DNA of 64,000 nt from Polyangiaceae bacterium (GCA_965222375.1 CBDCTZ010000013.1:640001-704000); one strand, 5' to 3'. Shown: positions 18,301-28,748, counted from the first letter of the stretch. The notes: generated by a model from the letters alone, not told the origin. A program made the numbers and translations.

Positions 18301-20196
18301 TCATTCGGCTGTCCCGTTACGCAAGAATACGGCTTCGCCCACGTCGATTCGCGTCGTTGCTTCCACAGCTAGCTGCACGCGAACCATCTCCGCATTCGCG
18401 AGCGTAAATGTCAGAGGTCTCCCAAGCGGCCCGGATGCAAGATGCCCGCCCTCCGTCCCGGCAGAAAGCTTCCGTACAATCACGGTCCCGTTGCCTCCAC
18501 TAGCGAATTGACGCAGCTGCCATTCGCCCGCGGACAGACGCAACGGGGGCGAATCCACGCGGAGCGGGCGGCCCACGCGCGTCTTGAACTCACCATCCAC
18601 GAAATGTGCGATAGCGTGGGGGTTCGTGGCGAAGAAATACGCAGGAATGCGGACTTGGTCAGCGGTGTACTCGATTCCGATCTGCCCATTGGTGCGGATC
18701 CACAGCTCGCTTACCAGTGGTCGCTCTCTCTCCCGCACCGCAAACCGCAGCGGAACGTAGTTCTGCTGAAACTCCGACTGGCGCACCATGTCATGCTGTG
18801 CGCGGAACTTCGGCGGATGAAAACATGGCGGAACGCCAAAACAAAAGATGTCAGGCGCGCGCTCCAAATAGTAGCGAGCATCACCGAGCTCGTGACCCAG
18901 CGTGCCAGAACCCATACTCCTTGGTCGGTTGTGAGCCAGATATCGATCGGTCAGACCCAACATGTCGAGAGCCGGGAGCCGCGAGTAGAAGGGAATGGTG
19001 CCGGCCGCATCCGCCGCGACAAGAGGCTGCTGCTCACTGAACGCAGCTTTCAGCAATTTGCCGATGGGACGCCCATCCCATTGCCACTTTTCCTTCTTCG
19101 CCCAGTTGCGGGGGTCCAATCGCGTGCCAACCAAAACCAGCACCACGAGAGCGACTCCCAACTGCAAAGAAGGTGCGCCACCGATCCCTCGGCAAACGAG
19201 GGTCGCGGCGAGCGCGCCCAGTGCCACAACAGGCAGGAGTTGGCGCCATGCCGGGAAAATGTCGCCCCCCACAAATACCATGTACAGCGTCCAGACCAGC
19301 GCGGGAGCGACCACAACCGAAATCCAGACCCGCGGCACGGCGCGACGCCAGCAGGCCACCACCAACAGCACCAATGAAAGCCATGTTGCGGCAAGCACAT
19401 CCAGACTCGTTCGAACGTACTCGAATCCCTGTTCAACGCGCTTCCAGCTCAACGCGACCTTCGCGTACGCCGTGTTGGGAAGGTAGTCGTCGTAATACGC
19501 CAGTCGAAACACAAGCTGGGCAACCACGAATAACCCCGTCGCGAGTAGCACCCGCGCTGCCACGTTCCGGCGAGCGCGCCAGTTTCCCAGTACCAAGGCT
19601 GGCGCGGCCACCACCGGCCAGAGGGCAGCGTCTGGCCGGGTCCAGCAAAGCAAACCGAAGCATAGGGCTGCGGCAAGAAGCCACCGGCGCGACCCGGAAA
19701 CGCACGCCTTCACAACAGCGACGCTCCCCCAGACAAGCAACCCACAAAGGACGGCGTTTTCAAGTCCACCCATCGCCCAAACACCAATCGAATCGCTTGC
19801 GGCCAGGAATCCAATTCCAACGGCGGGGGCAAGGAATTCGCGCAGGGAGCGTGGACTGCAAACTACAACCAACGCGGCGAATAGCGCCATGGTTGCAAGT
19901 AGCCCGAGCACGCGAGCCGTCATGACCAAGTCGCCGCCGAACAGAGCGGGAATCGCGCAGAGCAGTACCCACAACAGATTCGAGTAGCCCTCCACGCGGT
20001 CGTAGTTCGTCCAGGTGAGGCCCTCTCCCTCGACTAGCCGCTGCGAGTAGCGAAAAGATATGAACGCGTCATCGGTTACGAAGTAGTCGTAGAAGGACGC
20101 GTGCCAGACAACGAGAACTCCACCCAGCAGCACCAAGGCCGACGCAACTGAAATCGATTGACGGTTGCTCAATGTGGCCGGTCCTGGGCTTCCCAC
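18301..20196 (-). CDS. Polytopic membrane protein, GT-C-type glycosyltransferase-like
   Basis: DDAFISFRYS..RVEGYSNLLW, TRPD, LPNTAYAK and AGTIPFYS..DMLGLTD motifs; many TMs; start uncertain. Confidence 0.7.
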   Translation of the reverse strand: MGSPGPATLSNRQSISVASALVLLGGVLVVWHASFYDYFVTDDAFISFRYSQRLVEGEGLTWTNYDRVEGYSNLLWVLLCAIPALFGGDLVMTARVLGLLATMALFAALVVVCSPRSLREFLAPAVGIGFLAASDSIGVWAMGGLENAVLCGLLVWGSVAVVKACVSGSRRWLLAAALCFGLLCWTRPDAALWPVVAAPALVLGNWRARRNVAARVLLATGLFVVAQLVFRLAYYDDYLPNTAYAKVALSWKRVEQGFEYVRTSLDVLAATWLSLVLLVVACWRRAVPRVWISVVVAPALVWTLYMVFVGGDIFPAWRQLLPVVALGALAATLVCRGIGGAPSLQLGVALVVLVLVGTRLDPRNWAKKEKWQWDGRPIGKLLKAAFSEQQPLVAADAAGTIPFYSRLPALDMLGLTDRYLAHNRPRSMGSGTLGHELGDARYYLERAPDIFCFGVPPCFHPPKFRAQHDMVRQSEFQQNYVPLRFAVRERERPLVSELWIRTNGQIGIEYTADQVRIPAYFFATNPHAIAHFVDGEFKTRVGRPLRVDSPPLRLSAGEWQLRQFASGGNGTVIVRKLSAGTEGGHLASGPLGRPLTFTLANAEMVRVQLAVEATTRIDVGEAVFLRNGTAE

Positions 20197-20264
20197 GTCG
20201 CTAGCCTAGACCTGATGGCGTATCCCACCAACAGAACAAGCATTTCTGCCAAACGCCAAGTGAC

Positions 20265-22205
20265 CTACGGGCCGAGCATGCGCAGTGCGACGTCGTTTCT
20301 TCCTCGGTCCGCGCCACGCCGAAGCAACATAAAAGGTCCGCGGATTGCCTCAACCCCGAACGCCCCAGACTTGAGGACGTGGGTAATGTGACCTACCTCC
20401 CAGGGTGCTGGGCTCTGCCGGGCCAGCACATACTGCGCCTTGTCCGGGACCCCGACGAGCTTGATGCTGAACAGATCAAGCCGAGTGGATAGGTGCGTGC
20501 CCTCCGTTTCGGTGGCTGCGACCGCCGCTCCTGGCGGAATCATGGCTCGCAGCTCCTTCATGCCCTCCAGCCGAGAGCGTTCGCCGTCCGAAAGCGGCCG
20601 AAGCGGTTTGTTGTGAAACCCTCCAAGGATTTCCCGATTGCCGAGCAAGGCACCAAACTGAAAACTCGCGACAATACTGCAAAGAAGCAGCGAAACGATG
20701 GCCGAAAAGCGTCGATGACGTGGGCGCAGCGACTCTAGCCCGTAGATCGTGGCGGCAGTCACGTAGGCAAGGAAGAAGTAGTTGTACTGGAACCCAGTGG
20801 AAAAGTACGGGGGACGGTCTGTCGCTAAGAACGTGAAAGCGAGGCCTGGCAAGACAGCGCTCAGCAACCAGGGGCGACGCCACCACAAGAATGCGAAGGG
20901 CACGCTGAAGTGCAACAGGTAGGTGAACTTAGGCGGAGTGAGAGTGTGATTCGCAACAAAAGCCGGATTGCTGAAGAGCGTAAGTACGACGCCTCGAAAG
21001 CTCGAGCGCCCCTCCGGAACGAGCGTTGCGTAGCTGTGCACCAGCTCGAACTCACCGAAACGCGGCATCACGAAGAACTTCATGGTGAGGAAGTATGTTG
21101 CGCCCAGGCAAAAGACGGTGAGCCCAACCCAAGCGTTCCTCCGCGCGAATGCCAACACGAGCCCAACATAGGCAACTCCGACTCCGAACTCCTCTCGCAC
21201 GAGGAGCAGAAGGAGCACTAGTGCCAGCAGCCCCGCGAGGGCAGTAGCGCGCACGCTCTGTGAGTTTCTGGCGACACGGTCCGCGGCATAGATCAGCCAA
21301 GCACTCAGGTTCAGGCCGAGGGCAGTGAAGTGGAAGTCGTAGAAGTTGGGTCGGGCGAGCGCGGGCACCATGAGGAAGCAGAGCGAAATCAAGAGACCCT
21401 GGCTCGGACCGAGCCGGCGACGGCCCAAAAGAAATACGGGGACCGCAGTGGTTCCAACCAATGTCGCCTGAATCACAAGCAGCGCCTCCGGGCCAGGCGC
21501 AATGGCGTAGAACGGCAGGAGCAGGTACAGCCCCAGGTGCGCGTGATGTGCGAACGTCGCGAAATCCGTTTCGCGGCCAGTCATTGCGGGCGAACGAAAC
21601 GGGTGTCCGTTCAGTGCATTGTAGAAGAGGTTGTCGAACTCAGCGAGGTCAGACACTCGAGTCTCGAATCGCTGATGGCTCGCGATCGACCAGTACGACA
21701 CACCGACGACGTAGTACGCAACGGCGAGGAAGAGGACGGCCCATGGGAGCCAACTCAGCCGCGGCTTGGGTAGACTAAACCAACGTATGATCCGCGAATC
21801 CCCGCCGACTTGGGCGGTCGACGACCGGAGCAGGCGCTCAAGAACAACCCAAACAATTGTAAGGTACACAAGCAGGGTGAGCTCGGACCAACCGGTCCGC
21901 CGCGTGAACAGGGGGGGTAGAGCGCCCAGGACGAGAAGCGGTGAGAGGAAACAGAGGCGTCGCGACCAAGCGGGCGCGCGATGACGGCGCGACGCGACGA
22001 GAACCGCCACTGCGGCTGCCGCAGACATCCCGACGATCACCAAGACGCTGATCGTGCGCGCTTGAATAGCAAGGCGATTCGCGCCAAAAAACTGGCTGGG
22101 GCCAGGGACGAACGCACCGAACGCGCAAATGCCAAGCGACAGCGCAATCCCACCCGCAAGTAGGGCGTTGCTCAGAGGATTCCCGCGATGTTGCGGCGAC
22201 GTCAC
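20265..22205 (-). CDS. DUF2079-like polytopic membrane protein (putative GT-C)
   Basis: DLAEFDN, GPEALLVIQ, YDFH and VREE motifs; many TMs; start uncertain (ORF open to 22301). Confidence 0.7.
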   Translation of the reverse strand: MTSPQHRGNPLSNALLAGGIALSLGICAFGAFVPGPSQFFGANRLAIQARTISVLVIVGMSAAAAVAVLVASRRHRAPAWSRRLCFLSPLLVLGALPPLFTRRTGWSELTLLVYLTIVWVVLERLLRSSTAQVGGDSRIIRWFSLPKPRLSWLPWAVLFLAVAYYVVGVSYWSIASHQRFETRVSDLAEFDNLFYNALNGHPFRSPAMTGRETDFATFAHHAHLGLYLLLPFYAIAPGPEALLVIQATLVGTTAVPVFLLGRRRLGPSQGLLISLCFLMVPALARPNFYDFHFTALGLNLSAWLIYAADRVARNSQSVRATALAGLLALVLLLLLVREEFGVGVAYVGLVLAFARRNAWVGLTVFCLGATYFLTMKFFVMPRFGEFELVHSYATLVPEGRSSFRGVVLTLFSNPAFVANHTLTPPKFTYLLHFSVPFAFLWWRRPWLLSAVLPGLAFTFLATDRPPYFSTGFQYNYFFLAYVTAATIYGLESLRPRHRRFSAIVSLLLCSIVASFQFGALLGNREILGGFHNKPLRPLSDGERSRLEGMKELRAMIPPGAAVAATETEGTHLSTRLDLFSIKLVGVPDKAQYVLARQSPAPWEVGHITHVLKSGAFGVEAIRGPFMLLRRGADRGRNDVALRMLGP

Positions 22206-22366
22206 GGCAATGGGGCTAGCAGTAGTTCGGCACTGAACGCAAGTGAGGATGGCTGAGCGGCTAGCCCACGGGATCCTTCGAACCGGGTGCCTTCCAACCA
22301 CACGCTCGCGCTTCTCCGGCCCTGACCCTTGGACCGACGGGAGCGTGCCGTGCTACCCCATTCCCG

Positions 22367-23347
22367 ATGATAGCTGTCGTCATCAAAGAGCCCGGTGGCC
22401 CCGAGGTGCTGGAGGTCCAGGAGGTCGCGGACCCGTCTCCGAGTGCGGGAGAGGTTCTGTTGGATGTTCACGCGACTGCCCTCAACCGCGCAGACCTACT
22501 GCAGCGGCGCGGGTTCTATCCGCCGCCGAAAGGCGCATCCGAAATCCTGGGGCTGGAATGTGCTGGAACCGTCGCCGGCCACGGCGAGGGTGTGGCGGAA
22601 CCTCCTGTCGGCAGCCGCGTGATGGCTCTGCTCGCGGGGGGCGGCTACGCAGAGCGGGTGGTGGTACCTCGGGAACACTTGATGGCTATACCCGACGGTT
22701 TGAGTTTCGAGGATGCCGCAGCCGTTCCAGAAGCGTTCCTGACCGCCCAAGAAGCGCTGTGTTCTCTAGGAAAGACTGAGGCAGGCGAAACGGTGCTGAT
22801 TCACGCTGCCGCCGGTGGTGTTGGAAGCGCGGCAGTTCAGGTCGCCAAGCTATTGGGGGCACATGTCATTGCCACTGCCGGTTCCGATGACAAGCTGAAG
22901 CATGTCGATGCGCTCGGAGCAGACGTGTGCGTCAACTACCGAGAGCAAGACTTCGCGGCGGTGGTCCGGGAGGTGACGCACAAGCGTGGTGCGGATGTCA
23001 TCGTGGACTTCATCGCCGGGAGCCACGCTGAAAAGCACCTGGCCTGCCTGGCTCCTGGGGGCCGCTGGGTCGTAGTCGGCCTGCTCGGCGGCACGAGCGC
23101 GTCCGTGGACTTCGCAAGAGTGCTCATGCGACGCCTGCAGATTCTGGGCTTGGTGATGCGTTCGCGATCTCGAGAAGACAAAGCCGCCATTACACGGCGC
23201 TTCTGCCGCGAATTTTTGGGACACTTTCGCAGCGGCCGATTGAAACCTGTCGTCGACAGGTGCTTTGAGCTGCACGACGTGAAGAGCGCCCACGAGTTCA
23301 TGGAAGAAAACGCCAACGTCGGCAAACTCGTGCTGACTCTCCGCTAG
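22367..23347 (+). CDS. NAD(P)H-quinone oxidoreductase (PIG3-like, MDR family)
   Basis: ALNRADLLQRRG.YPPP, GLECAG, HAAAGGVG. Confidence 0.92.
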   Translation: MIAVVIKEPGGPEVLEVQEVADPSPSAGEVLLDVHATALNRADLLQRRGFYPPPKGASEILGLECAGTVAGHGEGVAEPPVGSRVMALLAGGGYAERVVVPREHLMAIPDGLSFEDAAAVPEAFLTAQEALCSLGKTEAGETVLIHAAAGGVGSAAVQVAKLLGAHVIATAGSDDKLKHVDALGADVCVNYREQDFAAVVREVTHKRGADVIVDFIAGSHAEKHLACLAPGGRWVVVGLLGGTSASVDFARVLMRRLQILGLVMRSRSREDKAAITRRFCREFLGHFRSGRLKPVVDRCFELHDVKSAHEFMEENANVGKLVLTLR

Positions 23348-23360
23348 AACGGCTACGCAC

Positions 23361-23639
23361 GTGTCTGGGCCCACCGAATCGGCGGCCGTGCCCCCGGAAA
23401 AAGCAGCAGGGCGGAGGGCCCGAATCAGTGCCGTCACCGTCGCCGTGGTGTTGCTCGGGGCGGCGGGAGTGGCGCTATTGCTGGGCATTCGCGACTACCC
23501 CCACTTCTTCGTCGACGATGCCTTCATCAGCTTGCGCTACGCGGACCGGCTGCTCGAGGGCAAAGGGTTGACCTACACAGACGGGGAGCGGGGAGACAAA
23601 GGACGCATTCGGCGCATACTCGTCGAGCGCCTACGGTAG
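23361..23639 (+). pseudogene. Truncated paralog of the GT-C-like gene at 18301-20196
   Basis: TM plus DDAFISLRYADRLLEGKGLTYTDGER, then unrelated sequence and a stop at 92 aa. Confidence 0.65.
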
Positions 23640-24158
23640 TCAGCCTTGGTTCAGAGCCCGTTGGAGCAGCTGCACAGCTTGTTCAGGGCTCTTGGCACGA
23701 CCAATGGGCGGGCGGCGGCGCGGATCCAGGGCCTCTCCTGCAAGTCGACCACTCCAACCCTCTACGTCCAGGGCAACGATGGGGCGGTCCAGCTGCCACG
23801 CGAGCGCAAGTTCGCTCAAGGTGCCCGCGCCTCCTGCAACCGCCAGGACGCCATCTGCGCTGTGAGCAACCAATACGTTACGGCCAATGCCCATCGCGCT
23901 GACGATCACGATGTCCACATGCGCGTTCGCACCCGCCGAGGACGACCCCGGAACGATGCCAACCACATCACCGTCCACGTAGGCAGCTGAGCTGCGCGCG
24001 CCGCGACTTGCCGCTTCCATCACTCCGCCGAGTCCACCGGTCAGCACCCGGAAGCCCGCGTCCACCAGGACTCTCCCAACCGCCTCCGCCAATGCCAACA
24101 CGGGCTCAGGCGCCTGACCGCTTCCGATCACGGCGATCAGGCGTCGGCGCTGCTTCAT
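23640..24158 (-). CDS. TIGR00725 / LOG-like Rossmann-fold protein
   Basis: IAVIGS, TGGLGGVMEAASRGA, GRN and GGAGTLSE motifs. Confidence 0.85.
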   Translation of the reverse strand: MKQRRRLIAVIGSGQAPEPVLALAEAVGRVLVDAGFRVLTGGLGGVMEAASRGARSSAAYVDGDVVGIVPGSSSAGANAHVDIVIVSAMGIGRNVLVAHSADGVLAVAGGAGTLSELALAWQLDRPIVALDVEGWSGRLAGEALDPRRRPPIGRAKSPEQAVQLLQRALNQG

Positions 24159-24484
24159 GTTCCGACCGGCTTCACGCGCAGGGTTCCGGTACCCGCGCAT
24201 ACGACTGCCTGACATGCAAGGCGTACGTTTGGCGGACTGCCGAGCACACGCAACAAGTCCTGCTCCTCGTCATCGGCTGGCTTCAGTAGCTCGCTACCTT
24301 CGACCACGACAACCTGGCACGTCGCACAGGTCGCGGATCGGCAAGAAAACGGTATGGGCGCCAGGACTTCGTCTGCGACATCCACCAGAGGTGTCTCCGC
24401 ACTGACTTCGACCCGCTTCTCGCTACCGATGGAATTTGCCTCAAAAATGACGCTTGGCACGGGTCGGAGATCGTAGTCGTCCAT
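24155..24484 (-). CDS. 2Fe-2S ferredoxin
   Basis: FSCRSATCATC...RLACQ. Confidence 0.88.
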   Translation of the reverse strand: MDDYDLRPVPSVIFEANSIGSEKRVEVSAETPLVDVADEVLAPIPFSCRSATCATCQVVVVEGSELLKPADDEEQDLLRVLGSPPNVRLACQAVVCAGTGTLRVKPVGT

Positions 24485-24560
24485 GGGCGTGGAATGAAGG
24501 GGGCAGTGGGCATGCCCTGCTACAGCTGCCATGGGGGCCAAGAAAAGCTATAGCAAGACG

Positions 24561-25526
24561 ATGCGGGCGCTGGTGTTGGACGGAACTCTGAGCATGCGAC
24601 ACGACTTTCCTCAGCCGACTCGCGGGGCCGGCGAGGCCCGAGTTGCCCTGCGCACTGCCGGAGTTTGTGACACTGACTTGCAGCTGACGGCCGGCTACAT
24701 GGGGTTCTCTGGTGTGCCGGGGCACGAGATGGTCGGTACGGTGGTGGAGGCCGACGACCCGTGCTGGGTCGGGAAGCGGGTGGTGGCGAACATCAACGCG
24801 GGCTGCGGCAGTTGCACCGAGTGCGTCGAGCGCGACGGTCATCACTGCGAAACCCGAAGCGTGCTCGGCATCCTGGGACGAAACGGCGCCTTCGCTGAGG
24901 AGTTCACGGTTCCGGAAACCTGCTTGGTAGAAGTCCCGGATGGCGTCGAGGACGACCGAGCAGTGTTCGCCGAGCCCCTTGCCGCCGCGCTGCATGTTCT
25001 GGATGTCGCAGGGGCTCGCTCCGCTGGCCGCGCCGTGGTGGTAGGGGATGGAAAACTGGGGCTGCTCATCGCCGCCGCCCTTGCCACCGTCCTGCAAGAC
25101 GTGCTGGTCGTCGGCCACCACACCGAAAAACTAGCGCTGCTCGCCCAATTCGGAGCACGCGGCGTACTCGAAGATGAGCTCTCATCGGACATGCCCGGCG
25201 CGGAGTTCGTGGTCGAAGCCAGCGGGAGCGTCAGCGGACTTGCTCGAGCCATGGCTCTGTGCCGACCCCGGGGCGTGCTGGTGTTGAAAACCACCGTGGC
25301 CGGTTCGCCAAAACTGGATCTGAGCCCCGTGGTCATAAACGAGCTGTCCGTCGTGGGATCCAGGTGTGGAGACCTCCGCGCTGCGATCGCACATCTGGCC
25401 CAGGGTCGCATCGACCCGCTACCTCTGATTGCGGCACGCTACCCTCTCGAAAGCGCCACCGACGCCTTCGAACACGCCCGTCGCCCCGGTACTCTCAAGG
25501 TCCTCGTCGACGGCGACTCGGTCTAG
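24561..25526 (+). CDS. Zn-dependent alcohol dehydrogenase family protein
   Basis: GVCDTD, GHE, CGSCTEC..HC, GDGKLG. Confidence 0.9.
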   Translation: MRALVLDGTLSMRHDFPQPTRGAGEARVALRTAGVCDTDLQLTAGYMGFSGVPGHEMVGTVVEADDPCWVGKRVVANINAGCGSCTECVERDGHHCETRSVLGILGRNGAFAEEFTVPETCLVEVPDGVEDDRAVFAEPLAAALHVLDVAGARSAGRAVVVGDGKLGLLIAAALATVLQDVLVVGHHTEKLALLAQFGARGVLEDELSSDMPGAEFVVEASGSVSGLARAMALCRPRGVLVLKTTVAGSPKLDLSPVVINELSVVGSRCGDLRAAIAHLAQGRIDPLPLIAARYPLESATDAFEHARRPGTLKVLVDGDSV

Positions 25527-25531
25527 TCTCG

Positions 25532-26305
25532 CTACTTGCGAGACTCGCCCACGCACAACCCCTCGAGCCGCTTGGGGCATGAAATGCGCACGTGGAAGTG
25601 GTCGGAGTGGTCACTGGACCGCTCGGGTTGCTTCAACAGCGCCGCCACCTGAGTGACGTACTTCTTGTAGCGTCGGTGCTTGGCGCCGTACTTCAGCAGC
25701 CGCCTTCGGAGTGGCGCAGAAACGAAGATATGACTCAGGCCAGCGCGTCGGTCCCGAACCCAGGACTGGACCAGCAGCCAGTTGCGTCCATCGTCGAACA
25801 CGTATCCGCTACCATCTCGGGCCTTGCCGTCCCCACCAAAGGAAACGAAGCGGTTCAGGACAGCCCGCTTGCCTTTCTTGTTCAACGCATAGAAGCCAAT
25901 ATCGGCATCACGCCCGCTTTGATGAGAGCGGTGCCCGGGAAGCGGTCCCCCACCCTTCTTGGAAATGTCTCCGACGAGCATCACAGATCCTGGCGCACTG
26001 CGGGCGACTTCCTTGGCGCTGCGATACAGCATGAGCACGAGCGCCGGGTGCCCATAGACGTTCGCGGCGCTTCCCTTCTTGACACGCAGATAGGGCCGCC
26101 TCCGAACTTTCTTGCCGCGCACCTGATAGCCCGAGTTGGGCGCGCCCACGGTCAGCGACATCAACGAGTAGGGCGACCGACGGAACTTCTTGGGTAGCTC
26201 TTTGCCGGGTGCTGCCCGCACATCGGGCGCGGTCACCCCCAGCACGGCAAGGGCGGCGAAGGCGAGGGCCCAAGTTCCCAGGAATCTTGAAATCGAGGCG
26301 AGCAT
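25532..26305 (-). CDS. Penicillin-insensitive murein endopeptidase (MepA-like)
   Basis: Signal peptide; GDIS..GG, HRSHQSGRDAD and HSDHFHVRI motifs. Confidence 0.85.
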   Translation of the reverse strand: MLASISRFLGTWALAFAALAVLGVTAPDVRAAPGKELPKKFRRSPYSLMSLTVGAPNSGYQVRGKKVRRRPYLRVKKGSAANVYGHPALVLMLYRSAKEVARSAPGSVMLVGDISKKGGGPLPGHRSHQSGRDADIGFYALNKKGKRAVLNRFVSFGGDGKARDGSGYVFDDGRNWLLVQSWVRDRRAGLSHIFVSAPLRRRLLKYGAKHRRYKKYVTQVAALLKQPERSSDHSDHFHVRISCPKRLEGLCVGESRK

Positions 26306-26444
26306 TTTCGGGGAAAGCTGTCCGTCAACGAATGGACTTAGCAGGCGGGTCGGGAGTGCTTCAACCCAAGCTCGCCCCAAGATAGGCTTTTCTCCAGTTT
26401 TTCCAGATGGTTGAAAGCGGCTCCTTGCTCCAGGCGGCGACAGC

Positions 26445-27836
26445 ATGACGGCCAGCTCCAAGGCTGCGCCGTCCAAGCGCGCAATCGCCCTCGCCCTCGG
26501 CCCGCTACTGGGCATTGGGCTGTACCTGCTGACCATTGGGTTGGGATTGCCTCGTGCGGCGGCGCTCACCGCAGGCGTCACTGGATTGTGCGCATGCTGG
26601 TGGGTGCTCGAGCCGATCGCGATTCCTGCGACTTCGATGATCCCCTTTGCGGCATTTCCACTGACGGGCGTTCTAAACCACAAGCAGGTCGCCAGCGCCT
26701 ACGGACATACGCTGATCCTGCTCTTGCTTGGCGGGTTCATGGTCAGCATGGCGCTGGAAAAGAGCGGCGCGCACCGCCGGCTGGCCCTGGGCATGGTGCG
26801 GCTGGTTGGAGCCACGAGCGGCCGCCGCCTCGTCCTCGGCTTCATGTTGGCCACGGCCGTCATGAGCATGTGGATCAGTAACACTGCGGCAACACTCATG
26901 ATGCTCCCGGTGGCGCTTGCGCTGATCGAGAAGGATCGCGGGCCCCTGTCTCGGGCGTTGCTTCTGGGTATCGCTTACTCCGCTAGTATCGGCGGGCTAG
27001 GGACACCCATAGGTACGCCCCCGAACGTGATCTTCATGGGGATCTACAAGGAGGTCGCAGGCACGGAAATGTCGTTTTCCGAGTGGATGCGCATAGGCGT
27101 ACCCGCAACACTGGTGCTCTTGCCTATCGCCTGGCTAGTTGTGACGCGGGGCGTGGTGAAAACAGTCGAACTGAGCCTGCCGAGCGTGGGGCCGTGGCGG
27201 CCAGCAGAGCGCCGGGTCCTCGTCGTGTTCGCTCTAACTGCGTTGGCCTGGGTCACGCGCACCGAACCTTTCGGAGGATGGAGCCGTTGGGTGGGCGGCA
27301 GCGCAGTCAGCGATAGCACCGTGGCGCTCGCGGCAGCCGTCACCCTCTTCCTCGTTCCCGACGGCGAGCGCGGCACTTTGCTGGATTGGCCTACTGCCAA
27401 AAGGATCCCATGGGGCCTGCTGGTTCTTTTCGGAGGCGGCATCGCCATTGCGCGTGCCTTCGACGAGTCGGGGCTGTCCCGCGCCCTGGGCGATGCACTG
27501 TCCCGCGTGTCCTCGCTTCCGATATTGCTGATGCTCGGACTGGTATGCCTGGTGGTCACGTTTCTGACCGAAGTGACCAGCAACACAGCAACCGCTACTC
27601 TGCTCATGCCAGTGCTCGCCGCCGCCGCCCTCGGCGCCGGCCTTGATCCCAAATTGCTGATGGTGCCCGCCGCGCTTGCCGCAAGTTGTGCCTTCATGCT
27701 GCCCGTCGCCACTGCGCCCAACGCGATTGTGTTCGGAACCGAGCGTGTGACCACGGCCCAAATGGCCCGAACCGGAGCTGCCCTCAACGTGATCGGTGCT
27801 TTGGCGCTGGCGTTACTCTGCTACGTCATCCTGTAG
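26445..27836 (+). CDS. SLC13/DASS family sodium:anion symporter
   Basis: SMWISNTA, GTPIGTPPN, TEVTSNTA and FMLPVATAPN motifs. Confidence 0.92.
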   Translation: MTASSKAAPSKRAIALALGPLLGIGLYLLTIGLGLPRAAALTAGVTGLCACWWVLEPIAIPATSMIPFAAFPLTGVLNHKQVASAYGHTLILLLLGGFMVSMALEKSGAHRRLALGMVRLVGATSGRRLVLGFMLATAVMSMWISNTAATLMMLPVALALIEKDRGPLSRALLLGIAYSASIGGLGTPIGTPPNVIFMGIYKEVAGTEMSFSEWMRIGVPATLVLLPIAWLVVTRGVVKTVELSLPSVGPWRPAERRVLVVFALTALAWVTRTEPFGGWSRWVGGSAVSDSTVALAAAVTLFLVPDGERGTLLDWPTAKRIPWGLLVLFGGGIAIARAFDESGLSRALGDALSRVSSLPILLMLGLVCLVVTFLTEVTSNTATATLLMPVLAAAALGAGLDPKLLMVPAALAASCAFMLPVATAPNAIVFGTERVTTAQMARTGAALNVIGALALALLCYVIL

Positions 27837-27919
27837 CCGACAAGTTCACCATTCTAGGGACGCAAGAACTCCGCGGACTTGCCGCGAAGCCTTTCACTGT
27901 TCGCTAGCGGCGTCCGGCA

Positions 27920-28651
27920 TCAGTTGCAGACGCCGGGACACTGCGCCGAACACTGCTTCGCGGTACCGCCCTGGCACCTGCACGTCGCGCAGCAACCGAT
28001 GCAACCGATGCACGTGGGGGCCTTGCACAGCTGAGGGAGACCGCCGGAGCCAATCAGTCCGAAGCCCCCGGAACCAATCAGTCCGAAGCCCCCCGAACCA
28101 ATCAGTCCGAAGCCACCCGAACCAACCAGTCCGAAGCCACCCGAACCAACCAGTCCGAAGCCGCCCGAACCAACCAGTCCGAAGCCGCCCGAACCAACCA
28201 GTCCGAAGCCGCCCGAACCAATCAGTCCGGTGCCACCCGTGTTCGAGCCGCCCGTGCTGGCACCGCCTGTATTCGTGCCACCGCTACCTGATGTCCCGCC
28301 GCTGCCAGCGGATCCCGCCGAGCCGGCGCTCCCTGCGGTGCCACTAGATCCCGCCGTGCCACTAGATCCCGCCGTGCCACTAGATCCCGCCGTGCCACTA
28401 GATCCCGCCGTGCCACTGGAACCGGCGGTGCCACTCGCCCCCGCCGAGCCAGAAGTTCCACCACCAGAACCCGCCGTACCCGAGGACCCAGAGGTACCAC
28501 CGCTACTGGCGTCCACCCCTGCGTCTTGTCCGGTGCCACCCCCGCTTCCTGTCGAGGAGTCGTCGCTGCTTCCGCAGGACGCCGCCAACCCCAACGCCAA
28601 AACTGAACAAACCCAAAGATGCTTCGCCGCCATAGTACGAGTGTCGGACAT
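27920..28651 (-). CDS. Low-complexity lipoprotein with GTAGSS and GSGGFGL[IV] repeats and a Cys-rich tip
   Basis: Lipobox AASC; tandem repeats; C-terminal CKAPTCIGCIGCCATCRC..C..C..C; alternative start at 28633. Confidence 0.7.
   Translation of the reverse strand: MSDTRTMAAKHLWVCSVLALGLAASCGSSDDSSTGSGGGTGQDAGVDASSGGTSGSSGTAGSGGGTSGSAGASGTAGSSGTAGSSGTAGSSGTAGSSGTAGSSGTAGSAGSAGSAGSGGTSGSGGTNTGGASTGGSNTGGTGLIGSGGFGLVGSGGFGLVGSGGFGLVGSGGFGLVGSGGFGLIGSGGFGLIGSGGFGLIGSGGLPQLCKAPTCIGCIGCCATCRCQGGTAKQCSAQCPGVCN
28040..28229. repeat. Coding 24-bp tandem repeat, about 8 units
   Basis: CCGAACCAA[CT]CAGTCCGAAGCCNC units encoding GL[IV]GSGGF. Confidence 0.9.
28338..28417. repeat. Coding 18-bp tandem repeat, about 4 units
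   Basis: GTGCCACTAGATCCCGCC repeated; encodes GTAGSS. Confidence 0.9.
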
Positions 28652-28748
28652 TTTCGCCGTCAACACAACTCGTTTTCCTCCATGACGCCATGCATCACCC
28701 CGGAATCCTCCAACAACGCCTCTCGGGCCTGTGGGATGCTTGGCCTCG

